Notes: a model not told the origin generated them from the sequence alone. A stretch of DNA of 58,889 nucleotides, filler included, from Porpidia crustulata (GCA_964255105.1; 6 parts of 6 records of this genome joined end to end with filler, not necessarily neighbours in it); one strand, 5' to 3'; shown: positions 25,280 through 39,348, numbered from the whole stretch's first letter. Translations and numbers: made by a program.

Positions 25280-28200
25280 ATGAAGCCCTCGTCCCATATC
25301 TTCCCAAGGCAACCCGCAAATCGACAAGGATTGGTTCTGCCCGACTCCAATGAAGATTATAGTATCTTGCCATCAGAGTGGAAGAACTCTAGCCATTCTA
25401 TCCACGATCTTAGTCGTCCGGTGCGGCTCTCCAAGCTGGGAGCGTTTTCTGCTGCCAAGTTGAGTTTCCGTGCAGACTTGAAGAACTACATCCCATTAGG
25501 AAGTCTCACAGCCTCACTGGAACAGAACGATGTTTGGTCTTACAAGCATTGGTTCGAGACGTCGATCGCTCATGATCCAGCCACTTCGCATTATATTCAG
25601 GAAGCCGTACATCTACAACGCCTACTTGAGGCGACCGTGTATAGAAGGTCCAATTTCTACGATTTCCAATTGCTTCTTCTACAACACCATGGCTGGATCC
25701 GAACGTTTGTGGGGCGGCACAGGATTGACCCGGCTATCGTCATTTTTAGAATATATGTCCTACCAGATGACGTAGGGAGAACGTTCATACGGAGAGACGA
25801 CAACAATATGCGGACGCGTCTAATGAAGTTAGTGGGGCAGGTTGATGTGTCTTCAGAGTCTTGGGAAGGGCTGAAACATCGTGATTCTCCTGAGGAGAAT
25901 TACAAAATTGAGTCGACCAACAATGACTCTCTGTTCTATCTCTTCAATACCCTCTCATCGCCATCACCATCAGCTTCCGAGGTGTCTTGTTCTTACGCAA
26001 AAGAGGCCATGAATGCTCTACTCAAGAACGCTGTACCAATGTATAGTCTGAAGACCAAGCTTTACCCTTACCAAAGGCGTAGCGCTGCTATGATGGTGAA
26101 ACGAGAAGTTGAGCCGGTGCAAACCTTGGATCCACGGCTCGAACCATTAGAGAATCCTGAGGGGCGAACCTTCTACTATGACCAAACAAGTGGCACTCTA
26201 CTTCGCGAGCAGCGACTCTACGAGGAGTCACGTGGTGGTATACTTGCAGAGGTATGAGTTTCCCGAAGTTGTTAAATCCAAAACTAACCCCTCGTGATCT
26301 TTCCATAGACCATGGGACTAGGTAAGACATTGATAAGTCTTGCAGCAATACTCGCAACGAAAGGACACTGGCCGCGCATTCCGCCTGAATACTCCACAGG
26401 GCTTCATCCAACCCGCCCAAAAGTTGGGTCTCTATTGCAAATGGTAGCCTCCACTATAGGTCGTGCGCAGGTGCCATGGAGAAGACACTTCGAGGATCTT
26501 TCTAGTGCAGGAGAGCATCACGATGCATGTCTAGCGCTGCTGGAGAAGAATATCGGCTCATATGTCATACCTGCACCGGAGAGCAAGCGAGAGCGTCGGT
26601 CGAAACTCATTCCAGAAGATCGGCGTATACAACTTTGCTGCGCCACGCTGATCATCGTACCACCTGACCTGCTCATGCAGTGGAAGAGCGAAATTAGATT
26701 ACACCTTGAGGAGGAAGCGTTGAGAGTACTTTATCTCGATATAGATGACTGCGTAATGCCTAAAGTGTGCGATCTTTTACCATACGACATCATCCTCATG
26801 ACGAAACAGCGTTTTGAGCGCGAAATGACTTCGACTGGTCCGCAATCGGTATCTGCCAAGGCCAGGAATGACTGCACATGCCCATATAATGATGGTTGTC
26901 GATGTTCGGGAAATGACCAGTACCACTCGCCACTAAGGGATCTCCATTTTCTTCGCATCATGGTTGATGAAGGACACGACTTTGCTTCGTTAGGCGGCAA
27001 GAAGAACGCTGTATGGGCTTTACAAAATCTTCATGTCGAGCGAAGGTGGATCATTAGCGGGACACCAGCTTCAGGACTGCTTGGTGTTGAAGTTGGCGTA
27101 GCTGCCCAAGAGACACTCAAGGACACTAAGGAGAACGAGGAACTGGCAAATGAGAACACACTCATAGCCCGCCGGGAAGAAAGCGCACGATTGCAGGAAC
27201 AGAAGGATCTGGAGAGACTAGGTAAGATTATTGTCGACTTCCTCAATTTAAGGCCATGGGCAAATTCGAGAGCGGGTGAAGACCCTGCATCGTGGTCGAA
27301 ATATGTCGTGCCTCCCAACGACGGTCGAAGGAAAGCTCATTCCTTGAAAGCCATTTTGGAAAGTCTCGTCGTGCGCCACCAAATACAGGACATTCAAGTC
27401 GAAATTCGATTACCACCTCTGTACAACCGCGTCGTGTATCTGAAACCTAGCTGGCACGATAAACTGAGTATTAACCTTTTCATTCTATTCCTCGTTGCAA
27501 ATGCTGTGACTTCCGAGCGCGTGGATGAGGACTACATGTTTCACCCCAAGAATAAGGGACAACTAAACCAGCTTATCACCAATATGCTGCAATCTGGCTT
27601 CTTCTGGACTGGCATTACACAGCAGGATGTCACAAAGACTCTAGATGCCAGCCGCGGATATCTCGAGGATAATAAACACCTTGAATCAACAGAGAGGAAG
27701 GAAGACTGTATCTTGCTCAAACAAGCCATGACCATGGGCAAACAAGCTTTGAATTCGTCGTCATGGAGAGCATTTGCTTCATCACAAGAGCTTGGAATGT
27801 TTGTCGAAGACTTTCCTCCTGAGGCTAGGAGTGCTTGGTCACTGGTTTACCGCGAGACAGAGGATCAACCGCTTATTGTTGGAGCAACACAATTCCTTGA
27901 CGCACAAATTCATGTCAACTCGAAGCTATACGCATTGAATCCTGCCGATGGCCTTGCTCAAGTGGGAGGCTTTGTGATGGAAAAGGCATGGCGCAATGTA
28001 AATCAGGCAGTGAACACGAGGACGGAAAACACTGATGACTCGAGGACCTTAGTATCTCCAAGTAGGTCGAAGAAAGCCAAAGGTGGCTCGGAGTCAAGCA
28101 TTAATCAGCATCCGAAGTTGAAGCATAATTCAACTATATCTAAGGCTAAGGCAACGACAATCACTGGTAAAAGCGGTAGGCTTCCCACAAGTAGCCAAGT

Positions 28201-29089
28201 ACACACGGTCAACAAGGAAAAGAAAGCTATAGGTCTCAAATTGGCCCTCAAGTCGTCCTATAAGAGGGACTCTGTTACTTTGATACCTGCAGAATCCATA
28301 TTAGCAAAAAGCAGACTTGTAGGTACTGCGTCTGCTAAGTTAAGCTACCTTCTCGATCGGGTCCTTGAATTGCAAGCAAAGGAGAAAATCCTGATCTTCT
28401 ACGAAGGAGACCACATCGCCTACTACATTGCGCAGGTATTTGATCTGCTTGATATACGGTACCTAATATACACAGGAACCCTCTCAGTTGAGCGTTTGAA
28501 CGCATACATCACCGCCTTCAACAAGACGGATACATTCCGCGTAATGCTCATGAATGTCCGCCAAGCAGCTCATGGCCTTCACATTGCTAGCGCAAGTCGT
28601 ATCTTCTTCGTCAACCCGATATGGCAGCCTAACGTGGAAGCACAAGCTATCAAGCGTGCGCACCGAATTGGCCAAACCCGACCGGTATATGTGGAAACTC
28701 TTGTCCTCGAAGACACGCTCGAGGATAGGATGCTCAAGCGGAGAAAAGGCATGAATGCTCAAGAGCATCAGCAAGCCGAGAAAAGCTTGCTGGACGACCC
28801 TATCATGGGTCAGCTGATTCGGGATATCAATTTTATACCGCTTCTGGAGGACGAGATCAATGACGTTCACTGCCAGATGGCGAAGCTTAGAACTCCTCAG
28901 CCAGCCTTTGGCAGGGTCGAAAATGGCACAGCCAGGTCTGAGGACCCACATGCCGATTTGATCTTCCCGGAAGGATACACGCCGAAATCGAAGCAGAGTC
29001 GGAAGAGAAAGACTGCCTCGATGTCGAGATCCGATGAGATGAAGCTCCCTGTATCTACGAAGCGGGTGCTGTTCACGTCTTCTCCATGA
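25280..29089 (+). CDS. SNF2-family ATPase (Rad5/Rad16-like, no evident RING); exons 25280-26251, 26309-29089; start uncertain
   Basis: LYPYQ Q-motif, GGILAE|TMGLGKT Walker A across the intron, TLIIVP, VDEGH, ISGTP, and helicase-C motifs AHGLHI and QAIKRAHRIGQ. Confidence 0.9.
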
Positions 29090-29422
29090 AGGATCATCGT
29101 CGTACATTTCTAATTGCGCGATCAAGGCTGTTCCGCAACTGGTAGATGTTCTCCATATCCCTCGTCGACTAATTGATCATATTTCCCAATTTCCGAGCAT
29201 TTCTGAGCGCACTAACGTAGATTATGAGTGGCGTTTCTAATGGTGCATATGACGGAAGGGGGTTGTTCCTTTCTGGAGTCCCAGCGACGGCGATAGGGGG
29301 TCCATGACATCTTATATCCCATAGATTAGCTGCGTAGATAGCCCACTAGACATTGTTACATACTTTCCGCCATGTATTTGAGCAATAAGAATTTTGAACT
29401 CGTAAATTGTAAATGATCACAC

Positions 29423-29522
29423 NNNNNNNNNNNNNNNNNNNNNNNNNNNNNNNNNNNNNNNNNNNNTTAATTAATTAANNNNNNNNNNNNNNNNNNNNNN
29501 NNNNNNNNNNNNNNNNNNNNNN
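29423..29522. other. Artificial contig linker
   Basis: N44-TTAATTAATTAA-N44. Confidence 0.98.
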
Positions 29523-32500
29523 GTATCGAATAGCCGCGTCCACAGCCCCACCTGCCAGTACCGCTTCAGCGGCTCCCGGAGCTTGTGCCTCCGGCCCGCG
29601 CGGCTGATCGCCTGCTCCGCGCCCGGGATCCCCGCGGCCTCGTCGTCATCGTGGGGGCCGGCCGTGGCGTCGTTGCGCGGCGCGGCGTCGACGCAGACGT
29701 CCTCGATGTATTTGCCGAAAAGCAGGGAGTGGATGACGCCAGCGGCGCCCCAGTAGTCGACCTGGTACGTCCAGGGCCGCATCGCGCGCATCTCGGCGCA
29801 GTCGGCCTTGCCCGTCTTCCAGTCGGCGACGAATTGGACGTCGTCGCGGAAGGCGCGCATGTCGATGCCGCGCCCGAAGTCGATGAGCACGAGACCCTTG
29901 TGCGACCAGCCGCCGGAGCCGTCGGCGCGGTACTGGGGGTCGAGTTCGCCTCCTTCAGCGCCGGAGACGGGGGATAGCCGCACGAGGCAATTGTCGGCTT
30001 TGAGGTCGCCATGTAGGACACCGACGGCGTGCATGCTTTCCATGGTGCGCAGGAGTTCGACGGCGAAGAACATGGCGACGCATTCGTCCATCACGCCAGT
30101 AGGAGTGGCTTTGGCGTTATTGACGAGGTCAAGCAGAGTGCCTTGGTCATGGTAAGCTTCGAGGAGGTAGACCTCATCGGCGAAGAGGTGAAGAGAATAA
30201 GGGATCAGGAGAGAGGTAGTGGCTCGAGAATCAAAGGGGGAAAGGCGGGAGTGGAGCGTCGACATGATGTAAAATTCCCAGGCCGTAGGAGGCGACTCGC
30301 ATTTAATTGCCACTGATGAGGGTTGGATGTCTTCAGCGTCGTCGTCTGCGGAGGTCTGAGCAAGGTAGACAGGTGCGAAGGCGCCTTTACCAAGCTCGCG
30401 TTTAATCGTGTAGAGTTGCGTGTCAGTAGCAGGGAATTGAAGGGTTGGAGGGAGAGATAGTGAGGTTGTTGTTTTGTCAGATGTAGATTTGGAGGACGCT
30501 CTTGCAAAAGCTTTGATGTACTTGCGGATTTCGGGGGTTTTGTTGAAGATTTGGGGCCTGTGGTCATGGTAGCCTGGGTAGGAGGAGAAAGATGATTCCA
30601 CATTGGATAGAATTGTGCTCCGAATGGACTCGTCGACGGGGTTACATTGCGTGTCTTTGATTATGTGGCCCGTTACTTGATTTCTCGCAGCTGCGTCTTC
30701 GATCGGGGAGCGCTTTGCTCTGCTTTTGCCAAGACTCCTCGACTTGAGACGTTTAGCTATCGAATGACCACCTTTCGCCTCATTTATGATTTCCTCAAAA
30801 GGACTGCTCACTGGCTCGTTCTCAAACTCATCAAGTGCCGATCCGTCTCCATGTAGACGGGATGGAGTTTTTGAGTTGAAGTAATCCTTGTCTTCACAGA
30901 TCGTCAAAGCTCCCATGGATGACTCCGTCTTCTCAACAATAGGCGTCATGAATGGGAGTCTATTATGCGATGCTTGCTCAGGATCTCGATAAGGTCGTAT
31001 CGGTGGCTCATAGTCTTCAGGCGGTAAAGGTACATATTTCGGTCGAGGAGGTTCGTCTCTGAATACTGGTGACATTGGTGTTGCCACATCCACAATACCT
31101 TCTTCCCTTCCATCCTGGTTTGCAGTGTCCTCGAGTATAACGAATCCATCTTCATCAGGCTCGCTGTTCATGTCCTCGCCAGTTCCGATAAGTGGGACAT
31201 GCTTGCTCTTTGTGAAATCTGACCATGGACTGACACTCTCGATATTCGTATCTTCGCGGTCGGCGTTACTTCTTGAATCTCGCGCGTCATCACCAAACTC
31301 GCATGTTCCAGATAACCCAATAGTACCCGTGCTTTCTCCAGCACTGGTGTAATCGTCATCCTCATAGTCACTTTCACCATTAACCTCCGCTCGGCTTGTG
31401 ATAGGCTGTACATTCTTCAGAGGCTGGTTGAAGATATCCAGTATGTCGTTGTTTGCTGCTTTGGTGTGGAGGGTCATCGTCGGCTCTGCGGACGCTTTCC
31501 TCTTCAACTTCGGCCCTGTGGGTGACTCCAAATTCGTTTTTACTGAGACAGATTAGTGGATTCAAGTCTCCATCTCCTATGGATACCTACTTGTCTGAGT
31601 CTCCACATTGACCTCCATAACCTTTGTCTTTCTTGGCTTTCCACTTCTTCCTGGTCGAGTTTCGTCTTCGAGAGCATGTGGTAGTAATGCATTGTGCTCG
31701 CTGCCATCATCAATTAAGATGTTTTCAGATTCATCAAAGATACTTGAAGGCGATGATGCCTCTTTCCCAGCTGCCGACAGTTTTTCGGTGTGAAGACTGC
31801 TATTGGATTTCTCACGCCAATCTCTATTGAGCCAACCACGAGAAAACGCTCTCAGTTCTTCAAAGCTCATTTCTTCATCAGGATCACTAGGATTTGGATA
31901 CACTGCTTCAAGGTCCACGAATACGCGCTCAACTTTGCCCGTTTTTGGATTCGTCACCTGTTGCTTGTCTGCATATCTAGACTTTTCTGAAGGTTCTATT
32001 ATCTGTGCTTGCGAATTTGACTGAAAAGACGCCAATGCCAATAATGCCATTAATTAGTCCTATGAGCGTAAATACGTGAACGAGTGAATCAAGGCGAGAA
32101 ACATACCTCGTCTTTGAATATCATCATCTTTGGCGGTCCATTCGGTTTCTTTCCAGCTTTCAAGGTTTCTCCAGCCCATGGCCTTGCCTCCATCACATTC
32201 TCCTTTTTCCTATCATTGATTGAGCCGATGCTATCCCAGCCTTTCATTGTTCCACCTAAAGTGGTAGTTGCACCATTTGGAGGTGCGTCTGCGTCACTGA
32301 AGATTGCAAGCTTTTGTCTTCCGCTTCGTGATGTCGAAGTAGCACCAGCGGCTGATGAAGATCTCTGCGCCTGAGGGTCTGCCGGTCGCGGTGTTGATAA
32401 GGCAAACGGATCGATTTTAGCCACCAACGCGGGACGCACCGATGGCAACGCTGGCGACAAAGGCTCGTCTTCATTCTGAGCACGATTCGCAAGCCTATCC

Positions 32501-33099
32501 TGGAATTCGGAAAATTTTCGCACCAAGCGCTCCGCTGGTCTGGCTTCGCGGCCGATACCAAGCCTATATACTTCGTCCGCCTGCGTCCACCTACCGGCGC
32601 CTTCGAGCCAAGCAGCGAATTCCTCGTAGAACAATGCAAGACCCTCTCCTATATTATGTCGAGCAAGGTACGCAAATGTTTCACGAGGAGCGTCGGAAAA
32701 GAAGCGAATGTAGGTCAACCATAGCTTGAGATATCTTGGGTCATTTTTATAGTGTGACGCCGTTTGGAATGCTTTTGTTGCGCGCTCGAGGAGCGGCCGT
32801 AATTGAGAGTCTGGAGTAGCTTGTGCAGAAGGATAGGCGCTCAGAGTCCATTTGACGTAGCGGTCATAAATATCCAAAGGGTCGTCCGAATCAGCTATAG
32901 CGATAAGCTCCAGCTCATACTCCTGCCGAATTGCATCGTTGAGGTTTCTTGTGTTGCTCAGTGTAGGTGTGGGTGAAAATATACTCGGTCCAAATGTTGA
33001 TGCCAGCGCCTTTGCTGATCGACCGCCGGGGAGTGATTGTATGTTCTCTTTCTGGTCTTCAATTATGTCAAAACTAATGAGATCTTCTGTGACCGACAT
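29523..33099 (-). CDS. BUB1: Spindle checkpoint kinase Bub1/SldA (MadBub type); exons 33099-32107, 32020-31591, 31542 to contig edge (3' truncated)
   Basis: KEN boxes (QKENIQ, KKENV), TPR Mad3/Bub1 domain (DDPLDIYDRYVKW, YKNDPRYLKLW), GLEBS-like EMSFEELRA, and kinase motifs LGKGAFAPV, LHGDLKADN, IDFGRG. Confidence 0.95.
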
Positions 33100-33851
33100 A
33101 CTGCCCCTTCAGAAATTTGGGGATTTCGCAAAAATTATACAAAGTGGAGTAAGGTACAGACGTTTTTAGAATACGCTGCACTGGTGTTTTCATTATTTGT
33201 TAGGGTTCCTAGTTGCCACAGCAACGAGCAACTTGGACCTAAACGCAGTGTCGAATAGCTGCCCTCAGTGGTGGAATTAGATTCTCGTTTGTTACGATTG
33301 TAGCTTTAGATAGTGGTTACAACGGATACTCGTGCGTCAGCTTAACAGAAGATTTTCAATTGGTTTTATCAATTTCCTTCAAAAAGCCGTCATCATCTAA
33401 ATACGTTGTACTGTCTTTTTGTGCGCTCATCGCGAACATGACCTATTCCATGGGCCATTGCTGCGGGAAATGGCTGTCATCATAGCCACTTTTTGAAGAC
33501 ATTGCTCTCGTCACTGGGCCCGAATTTGCTCAGCCATCATAAAATTATTGACCGCGGAAGTTCCCCCTTTCCCCCAGTCATCATAGTCAAGAAAATGCTC
33601 CAGAAATCCTCCCTCGTGGTCATGAAAGAAGTAGTCGTGTCGTAATTCGAAAAACTCGTGAGAACATGCTGGTATGTGCTGATTCTACATTCGGTAGAGA
33701 AGGGGGGTGTGTGGGGGAAATTGTCGCCTCGATGAATTGGATGGCGTATAAGATTGAATGATGAAGGAAATGGGCATTAAAGGGAAGTGAAGTAAAGCGA
33801 TCGGGCCTTTGATGCTGGTAAGGAGGATAAAGAAGTCGCACTTGGTATGGT

Positions 33852-35858
33852 CTACCCGCTTAAATGTCTTCGGAACAAATCACCCTCGGTAGCGGCTTGA
33901 CCAAGCCGTTGATCGATTGAAGCAAAGGCGCTGGGATCGTAAGCTGAGAGGCTTGCAGAAGCCACATGCCGATGTGTGCGACGAGCGGCTGGTCGGGGTC
34001 CAACGCCGGAGAATGGAGAGCCCAAACGCTGTATGGTCTGTGCGACAAAAGCGGGCTGAGGATTTCCAGGCTCTACCATCTCGCTTGGCAGTGTTGAAAG
34101 CTCAGAGCTTGGTATCTGATCGGATGAAGTTGGCGGAGTCAATGTGCTTTCCAGGCGACCACCATTGGCATTGACATCTCCTAGGCTAAAGCCCCGGCTT
34201 CTGACACGACGATGGCGGCTTTCGGATGGCTCACCAAATAGATCTTCAAGCAAGTTTCTTCGCATATCTGAACCTCCAGGACTAAGCTCATCTTCGAGCT
34301 GGTGCTGAGCTCGGCGTTTGTGGACGCTTGGGTAGGGGAAAGAGTCGTGCATCCTGAACGGTGATCGAAGTGAGGGGCCTATAGTAGCTGCATCGCGGGC
34401 ATGTAATCCTAACGTTGAGGGACGGTTGTGCGGGCGAGAGCGGCTTGGCCCCCAAGTGTGGAAACCAAACGGCGATCCTAGCTGGGGACCCTCTGTCAGT
34501 TCATCAGAAAATTCACTACCCGAACCAAGGTCTGATGGGATAGCCGAAGGCGACGCCAATGGTACTGGTGGTTCATTGAACCATTCTCCACCTCCAGGGT
34601 TCTCTTGTCGCGGCGGACTGCTAAATACTTGACTTTCACTTGCTAGTCGAGCCAGCGGTCCATCCAATTGCATCGTAGCTGCCGTACTTGTCGTCAGGGA
34701 TATTTGAATATCACGCGTACCGAATGGACTGGAATGAGACCCAATAGGAGTTGTGATATGCGAGGAAAGGGAACGAGGCGAGCTGGATGAGAACGGGGAT
34801 GGACTTCGGGTCTGCATAAGACGTTGATAATGCGGTGCAATGGAAGGCTTGCGTTTGCATAGCTCACGTAATCTTCGCCGCGTTGACGATCCAGACTTGG
34901 GCCACGCAGGTAGCCGCTGGAATTTCAGTCCAGTCGGGGTGTTACTGCCGCTTCTTGCCTTGATCGTCTCTGGGGAGTCGCCAGATTTGACGGGGATGGC
35001 CTCGTCGCCGAGGTCCCGTATAGCAGCCATCTCAGAAGGCTTGCGGGCGACAAGCTTAGCTCCCCGCCAGGTTCGGCGTGCCTCTCGAGCCACACGATGA
35101 CACACTCCAAGAGGCGGAGCAGTGCCTGGCAGCATCTTGAACGGCGTTACAGTTGGGTCCTGAAGATACACAAGGTATGTCGACCAAATGTGCTTGTCCA
35201 TTTCCGACGTCCACATTACTTTGTTTTGCTTTGGTACGGTGAACACCGCAGGAAACGGATTTCCGACAATGGTAGGTCTGCCGACTTTCTTGCCTTTTTG
35301 AGGGGGAAACGAGCCGAAAGGATCTGCGGCATCACTTTCCGGGCTGGTGCAACTACCCCCTTCCCATTGGCGAGAAGAAGATAGGCTAATGCTGGAATCA
35401 TCAGAAGAATCTGATAGAATTGAGCATGTCGACATCGGCCGACTTATACTCTCCCCGAGGTCCTGCTGCGTGGAGCTAAGCCACGTGTTGTCAAGTGAGG
35501 TATGTTGCGCGGAAGGCGTGCGAGGTAGAGTTAGGAAGGGTTTTGGAGGTGTAGGCGCAAGATATCCTTCAATAGGTTCTGTAGCCCGTTGTTGGAACAT
35601 TGGTCGTACTGGATCCACAGGTATTGGTGTTTCTATTGTGGGGATTGGAACATCCTGAAATGATGAAAGATCGTTCGTTATGGATGAGATGCTCGGTCGG
35701 GTTCGTCGCTTGATACGATAGGCATGAGGAGATGGCGGAAGGGGTGCCGGCTGTTCTTGTTCTGGGGTTTTTGGCTCCTCGCCTTCGGAATAGTGGAAGG
35801 TGAAGTTTCGAGGAAGGGTAATCGAAAGTTGGGGGCGAGCTCGTGGCATGATGGGCAA
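33852..35858 (-). CDS. Uncharacterised single-exon protein, 668 aa, Ser/Pro-rich with one ordered central block
   Basis: Long uninterrupted ATG ORF. Ordered-looking block WTSEMDKHIWSTYLVYLQDPTVTPFK...PPLGVCHRVAREARRTW and WPKSGSSTRRRLRELCKRK. Confidence 0.8.
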   Translation of the reverse strand: MPIMPRARPQLSITLPRNFTFHYSEGEEPKTPEQEQPAPLPPSPHAYRIKRRTRPSISSITNDLSSFQDVPIPTIETPIPVDPVRPMFQQRATEPIEGYLAPTPPKPFLTLPRTPSAQHTSLDNTWLSSTQQDLGESISRPMSTCSILSDSSDDSSISLSSSRQWEGGSCTSPESDAADPFGSFPPQKGKKVGRPTIVGNPFPAVFTVPKQNKVMWTSEMDKHIWSTYLVYLQDPTVTPFKMLPGTAPPLGVCHRVAREARRTWRGAKLVARKPSEMAAIRDLGDEAIPVKSGDSPETIKARSGSNTPTGLKFQRLPAWPKSGSSTRRRLRELCKRKPSIAPHYQRLMQTRSPSPFSSSSPRSLSSHITTPIGSHSSPFGTRDIQISLTTSTAATMQLDGPLARLASESQVFSSPPRQENPGGGEWFNEPPVPLASPSAIPSDLGSGSEFSDELTEGPQLGSPFGFHTWGPSRSRPHNRPSTLGLHARDAATIGPSLRSPFRMHDSFPYPSVHKRRAQHQLEDELSPGGSDMRRNLLEDLFGEPSESRHRRVRSRGFSLGDVNANGGRLESTLTPPTSSDQIPSSELSTLPSEMVEPGNPQPAFVAQTIQRLGSPFSGVGPRPAARRTHRHVASASLSAYDPSAFASIDQRLGQAATEGDLFRRHLSG

Positions 35859-38619
35859 TCCTCCAACTTGAGTAAGTAGCCCTGAGACAACCTCAACACT
35901 GATGCGGGTACACGAAACCGCAACAAAGCGGATGTCTCAAGAAGAAAGCTGCTGCAAGGCTTGGCGAGTTGCAGTCCTCGAAAGTCCAAGGAGCACAGGC
36001 TAAGTTTCGGACTCTAAAGCAACTCCGTAGCCAGGTCGGCGATTGCTTCTTGGTATTGTGAACCAGTGATCATGCAGTCTCTGGTGTCTAGCAAAAGTGA
36101 AGCGGCTGGAGGACGCAATGGACCGGCTTGTAGCGGATGAGTTACAGCAGTTGGGAGCAATACTGATGACGAGTAAAGTCGAAGGTGACAACCCCGCATA
36201 GAAAACGTTAAATGGTAGATGAAGTGCCCTCGACGATAAGACTCCCTGGGCCCCAGTTTGTCGTCTACAAAGTATAACGTCTGTCGCTTGGAAAAGCAGA
36301 TGTCTTATCCTAGATGTTTTTCATTGTTGATGAATTTGCGCAAACTTGCGTGCTCTGCTTGCAAGCGATGCCTCGTAGTGTAACCTTTTCCTCGAATAAT
36401 TTTGGTTGAAACAGCTGAAGCACGACTGTTTTGATCGGACACGTCTTTTCTACTCTTTCGACTGCATCAGAAAGCGGCAGCAGACGGTGGGCTTGTGAAG
36501 GAGCCACGGCTTACGTAGATACCAGAATGTTGAGTACTAGGGCCTCGTGCGTTGATCTTGGCCTCGAAGCGGGCTTTGGATCCGTTGAGCACTTGAGTAG
36601 CGATTCTTCGGCACAAACGCAGCCAATCTTGAATGCTTTGATAGCGGTCAAGCTGATATCCCGGAATTTGTTAGAAGAGGTATCAAGAAGCGCTTTCAGC
36701 TAAGCGTCTACGACGGAGTGAAGAGTAAAGATATAGCGATGTTGTCGCGAAGACTCGAACGAGCGTGATAAGAATGTCGGACGAAACCGACTGGGCTCTT
36801 AAAGACGAAGAGGGCAGCCAATAAATATGACTAGAGGACCCATAAGCAGGGTGTCTCGTAACGACCTTGGGCAAATGGTGGAGGTGCAGCCAGACGGTTT
36901 CGGTGGTGATCTTTGGTGATCGTTAGCGCGTCAGAAGATGCGCACGGGGTGCAGGGATTGACGCGTCAATACGCTGCCTTAGCTGTATCTTTGTGGTATT
37001 TTACTCATTGGCGCTCCTTTAGCGGTGGTGGGAGGGTGGCAGGTTGAAGAAACTCCCCGCGAGATCTGCCACAAGTATCTCTTCGCTTGGCAATCGATAA
37101 AGGAAGAGCAATCGATAAAGGGAGAGTATTGGAGGAGCTTGAATTGATTTCCAACTGCATGTATTGCGTCCATGCAGATTGTAAAAGCTCCGAGATATAC
37201 CGTGGGGTGATCTATACAGAATGTCACGTTGGAACCGTTGAACGTGCTACTTCTATAGCCTCCCACCGCCTTACACTGACTTCTTAGATCGATTCTATGA
37301 GCGAATTGCAGCGATCAGAGGATACCTAAGAGTAGCAACCATCTACGACAACTGCATATGTCTGAGTTCGATGTCAGTCTCGATGAACAACGGTGGACGA
37401 AGTTCTTGCTAGCTTTGCATAAACGGCAACCCTTTCGGAGGCCACGCGCCGAAGATAGCGTCGTTCAACGCGTCTTTCCAAACGCGACTTATAGATACTA
37501 CATACGTTTCCCATGCATGTTTCAATCAACCCATTAAGTATTATTTGACATCTGCGGCCACAGAAAAGACCGCCCACGCAAGTCCCCGAACGAGACATGC
37601 ATGTGATTATTATCCCAGCTCAGCTCTGATTCGACGGCCTGAGGCATTTCCTCCACCTCCGCCCTTCTCCACTCGCCAAGGTCATCGAGGTCTAATGACT
37701 TCTGCATATTAAGAGGCGTAGCAATTGGTGCCCAATATATCTTTATACTCGTTGCCTTCTTTTCAACCGCTGGTTCTACCAATCATGTCAGGTGTCCGAT
37801 GATGTCCTGTCCACCGAGAACAAGAGGGAAAGAATTAGCATCAGAGCATTTGCCTTGGAATATGACGACGCTAAGACATGCGGAGAAGTCTGCCATGTGC
37901 GCCATGATGACCAGTGAGGACAAAAACCCTCTTCAATGATAATCGTTGTTCTCGGTGTGAGTAAGACCGGTCCTTAATCAGTAGCGAATATGAACACGAA
38001 ATCAGATTATATCTCGAAGCAAAAGATATGAGCAGCAACGATCGAATATCAACAAGGCTTTCAGCGCTGTCGACCGGTACGTTGAAGCGTTCTACAGCAT
38101 CATATGATTCTCCGACATTTTCGATTCAGCGTTGGTTGAGGAAAGTGCAGTGCAGATCAATATCTGATACACTTTGAAGATTCTGATGATGCCCACTGTC
38201 ATCAATTTTCACTATCCTAGTCCAGGTCGCTGTTGACTTATCTTATAGAACATCTTCTCTAGGTCGATTTCCGAATATCCTCGCTTCATCTATTGTTCTC
38301 CTTCCTAAATAAGCAGATCTTGAGTATAGCACGTGCAATTTTCCTTCTCTGGGTTTACATCCCACTCAATAATCTAATTACTTCTTACGCTCCAGATCGT
38401 CAAATAAATATTACCTCGAAAAGCCCACTCCATACTTGCAAATATTATCTCATATCATTGTTTTGGGTGAACGCATGAGGAACAAGCCCCAAAAAGGTTT
38501 GACCTGCCAAGTATAGCTTAGTCAGCCTCTATCTCTGTCCCATCGGCACTCGGCTATCACCCCATCTTGACGTATCTGCCCGAACGCATTCGCACAACCC
38601 CCCACAGACAAGCTCCAAC

Positions 38620-39248
38620 ATGGGTTCGCAATGGATCGAGGCTGACGACGGCAGCGACGACGATATCAACGTCCTGGTGACAGGTTTCGGCGTACGCCCC
38701 TCTCTGTCTACAGCTTATCCAATCCCATCTTTTCGTCCCAAATTCTAACCCACCTCCGCCACCCTAGCCCTTCGGCGGCCACACCACGAACCCCTCCTAC
38801 CTGATAGCCAGCGGCCTGCCCGCCCCCAACCCCCCTCCCAATCTCCCCCGCATAAACATCCACAGCCACCTCACCCCACTCCGCGTTTCCTACCGCACCA
38901 TCCGCGACACCGTCCCCGGGCTCGATTTCCCCGCCGGCTCGGCCAAAGACGACGCGAGCGACGGAGGAATAACCCACCGCCCACCTCACCACGTGCAAAG
39001 CTCCGTCAAACCCTTTCGATCAACGCCCAAACACGACATCGTCCTCCATATCGGCATGGCCTCGGGCCGCAAATTCTACACCCTCGAAACCCGCGCCCAC
39101 CGCGACGGCTACAGCAGCAAGGATGTCGACGGGCACACGCTCGAGGGCGACACCTTCTGGGAATCAGAGTACGGCGCGCCCGAGATCCTGCGCTCCAGCT
39201 TCGACGCCGAGGACGTCTGGAGGCGGTGGAAGTCCGAGCTCCCGGTAC
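38620..39248 (+). CDS. Pyroglutamyl-peptidase I (peptidase C15); exons 38620-38691 and 38768-about 39244; 3' truncated
   Basis: Spliced VLVTGFG|PFGGHTTNPS and VLHIGMASGRKFYTLETRAHRDGY (catalytic Glu region). Confidence 0.9.
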
Positions 39249-39348
39249 NNNNNNNNNNNNNNNNNNNNNNNNNNNNNNNNNNNNNNNNNNNNTTAATTAA
39301 TTAANNNNNNNNNNNNNNNNNNNNNNNNNNNNNNNNNNNNNNNNNNNN
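39249..39348. other. Artificial contig linker
   Basis: N44-TTAATTAATTAA-N44. Confidence 0.98.

Noticed and set aside
29566..30316. Long alternative-frame and antisense ORFs in GC-rich regions (also 46214-46716, 48153-49068, 49315-50280)
   Set aside because: These are shadow ORFs caused by stop-codon scarcity in high-GC coding sequence.
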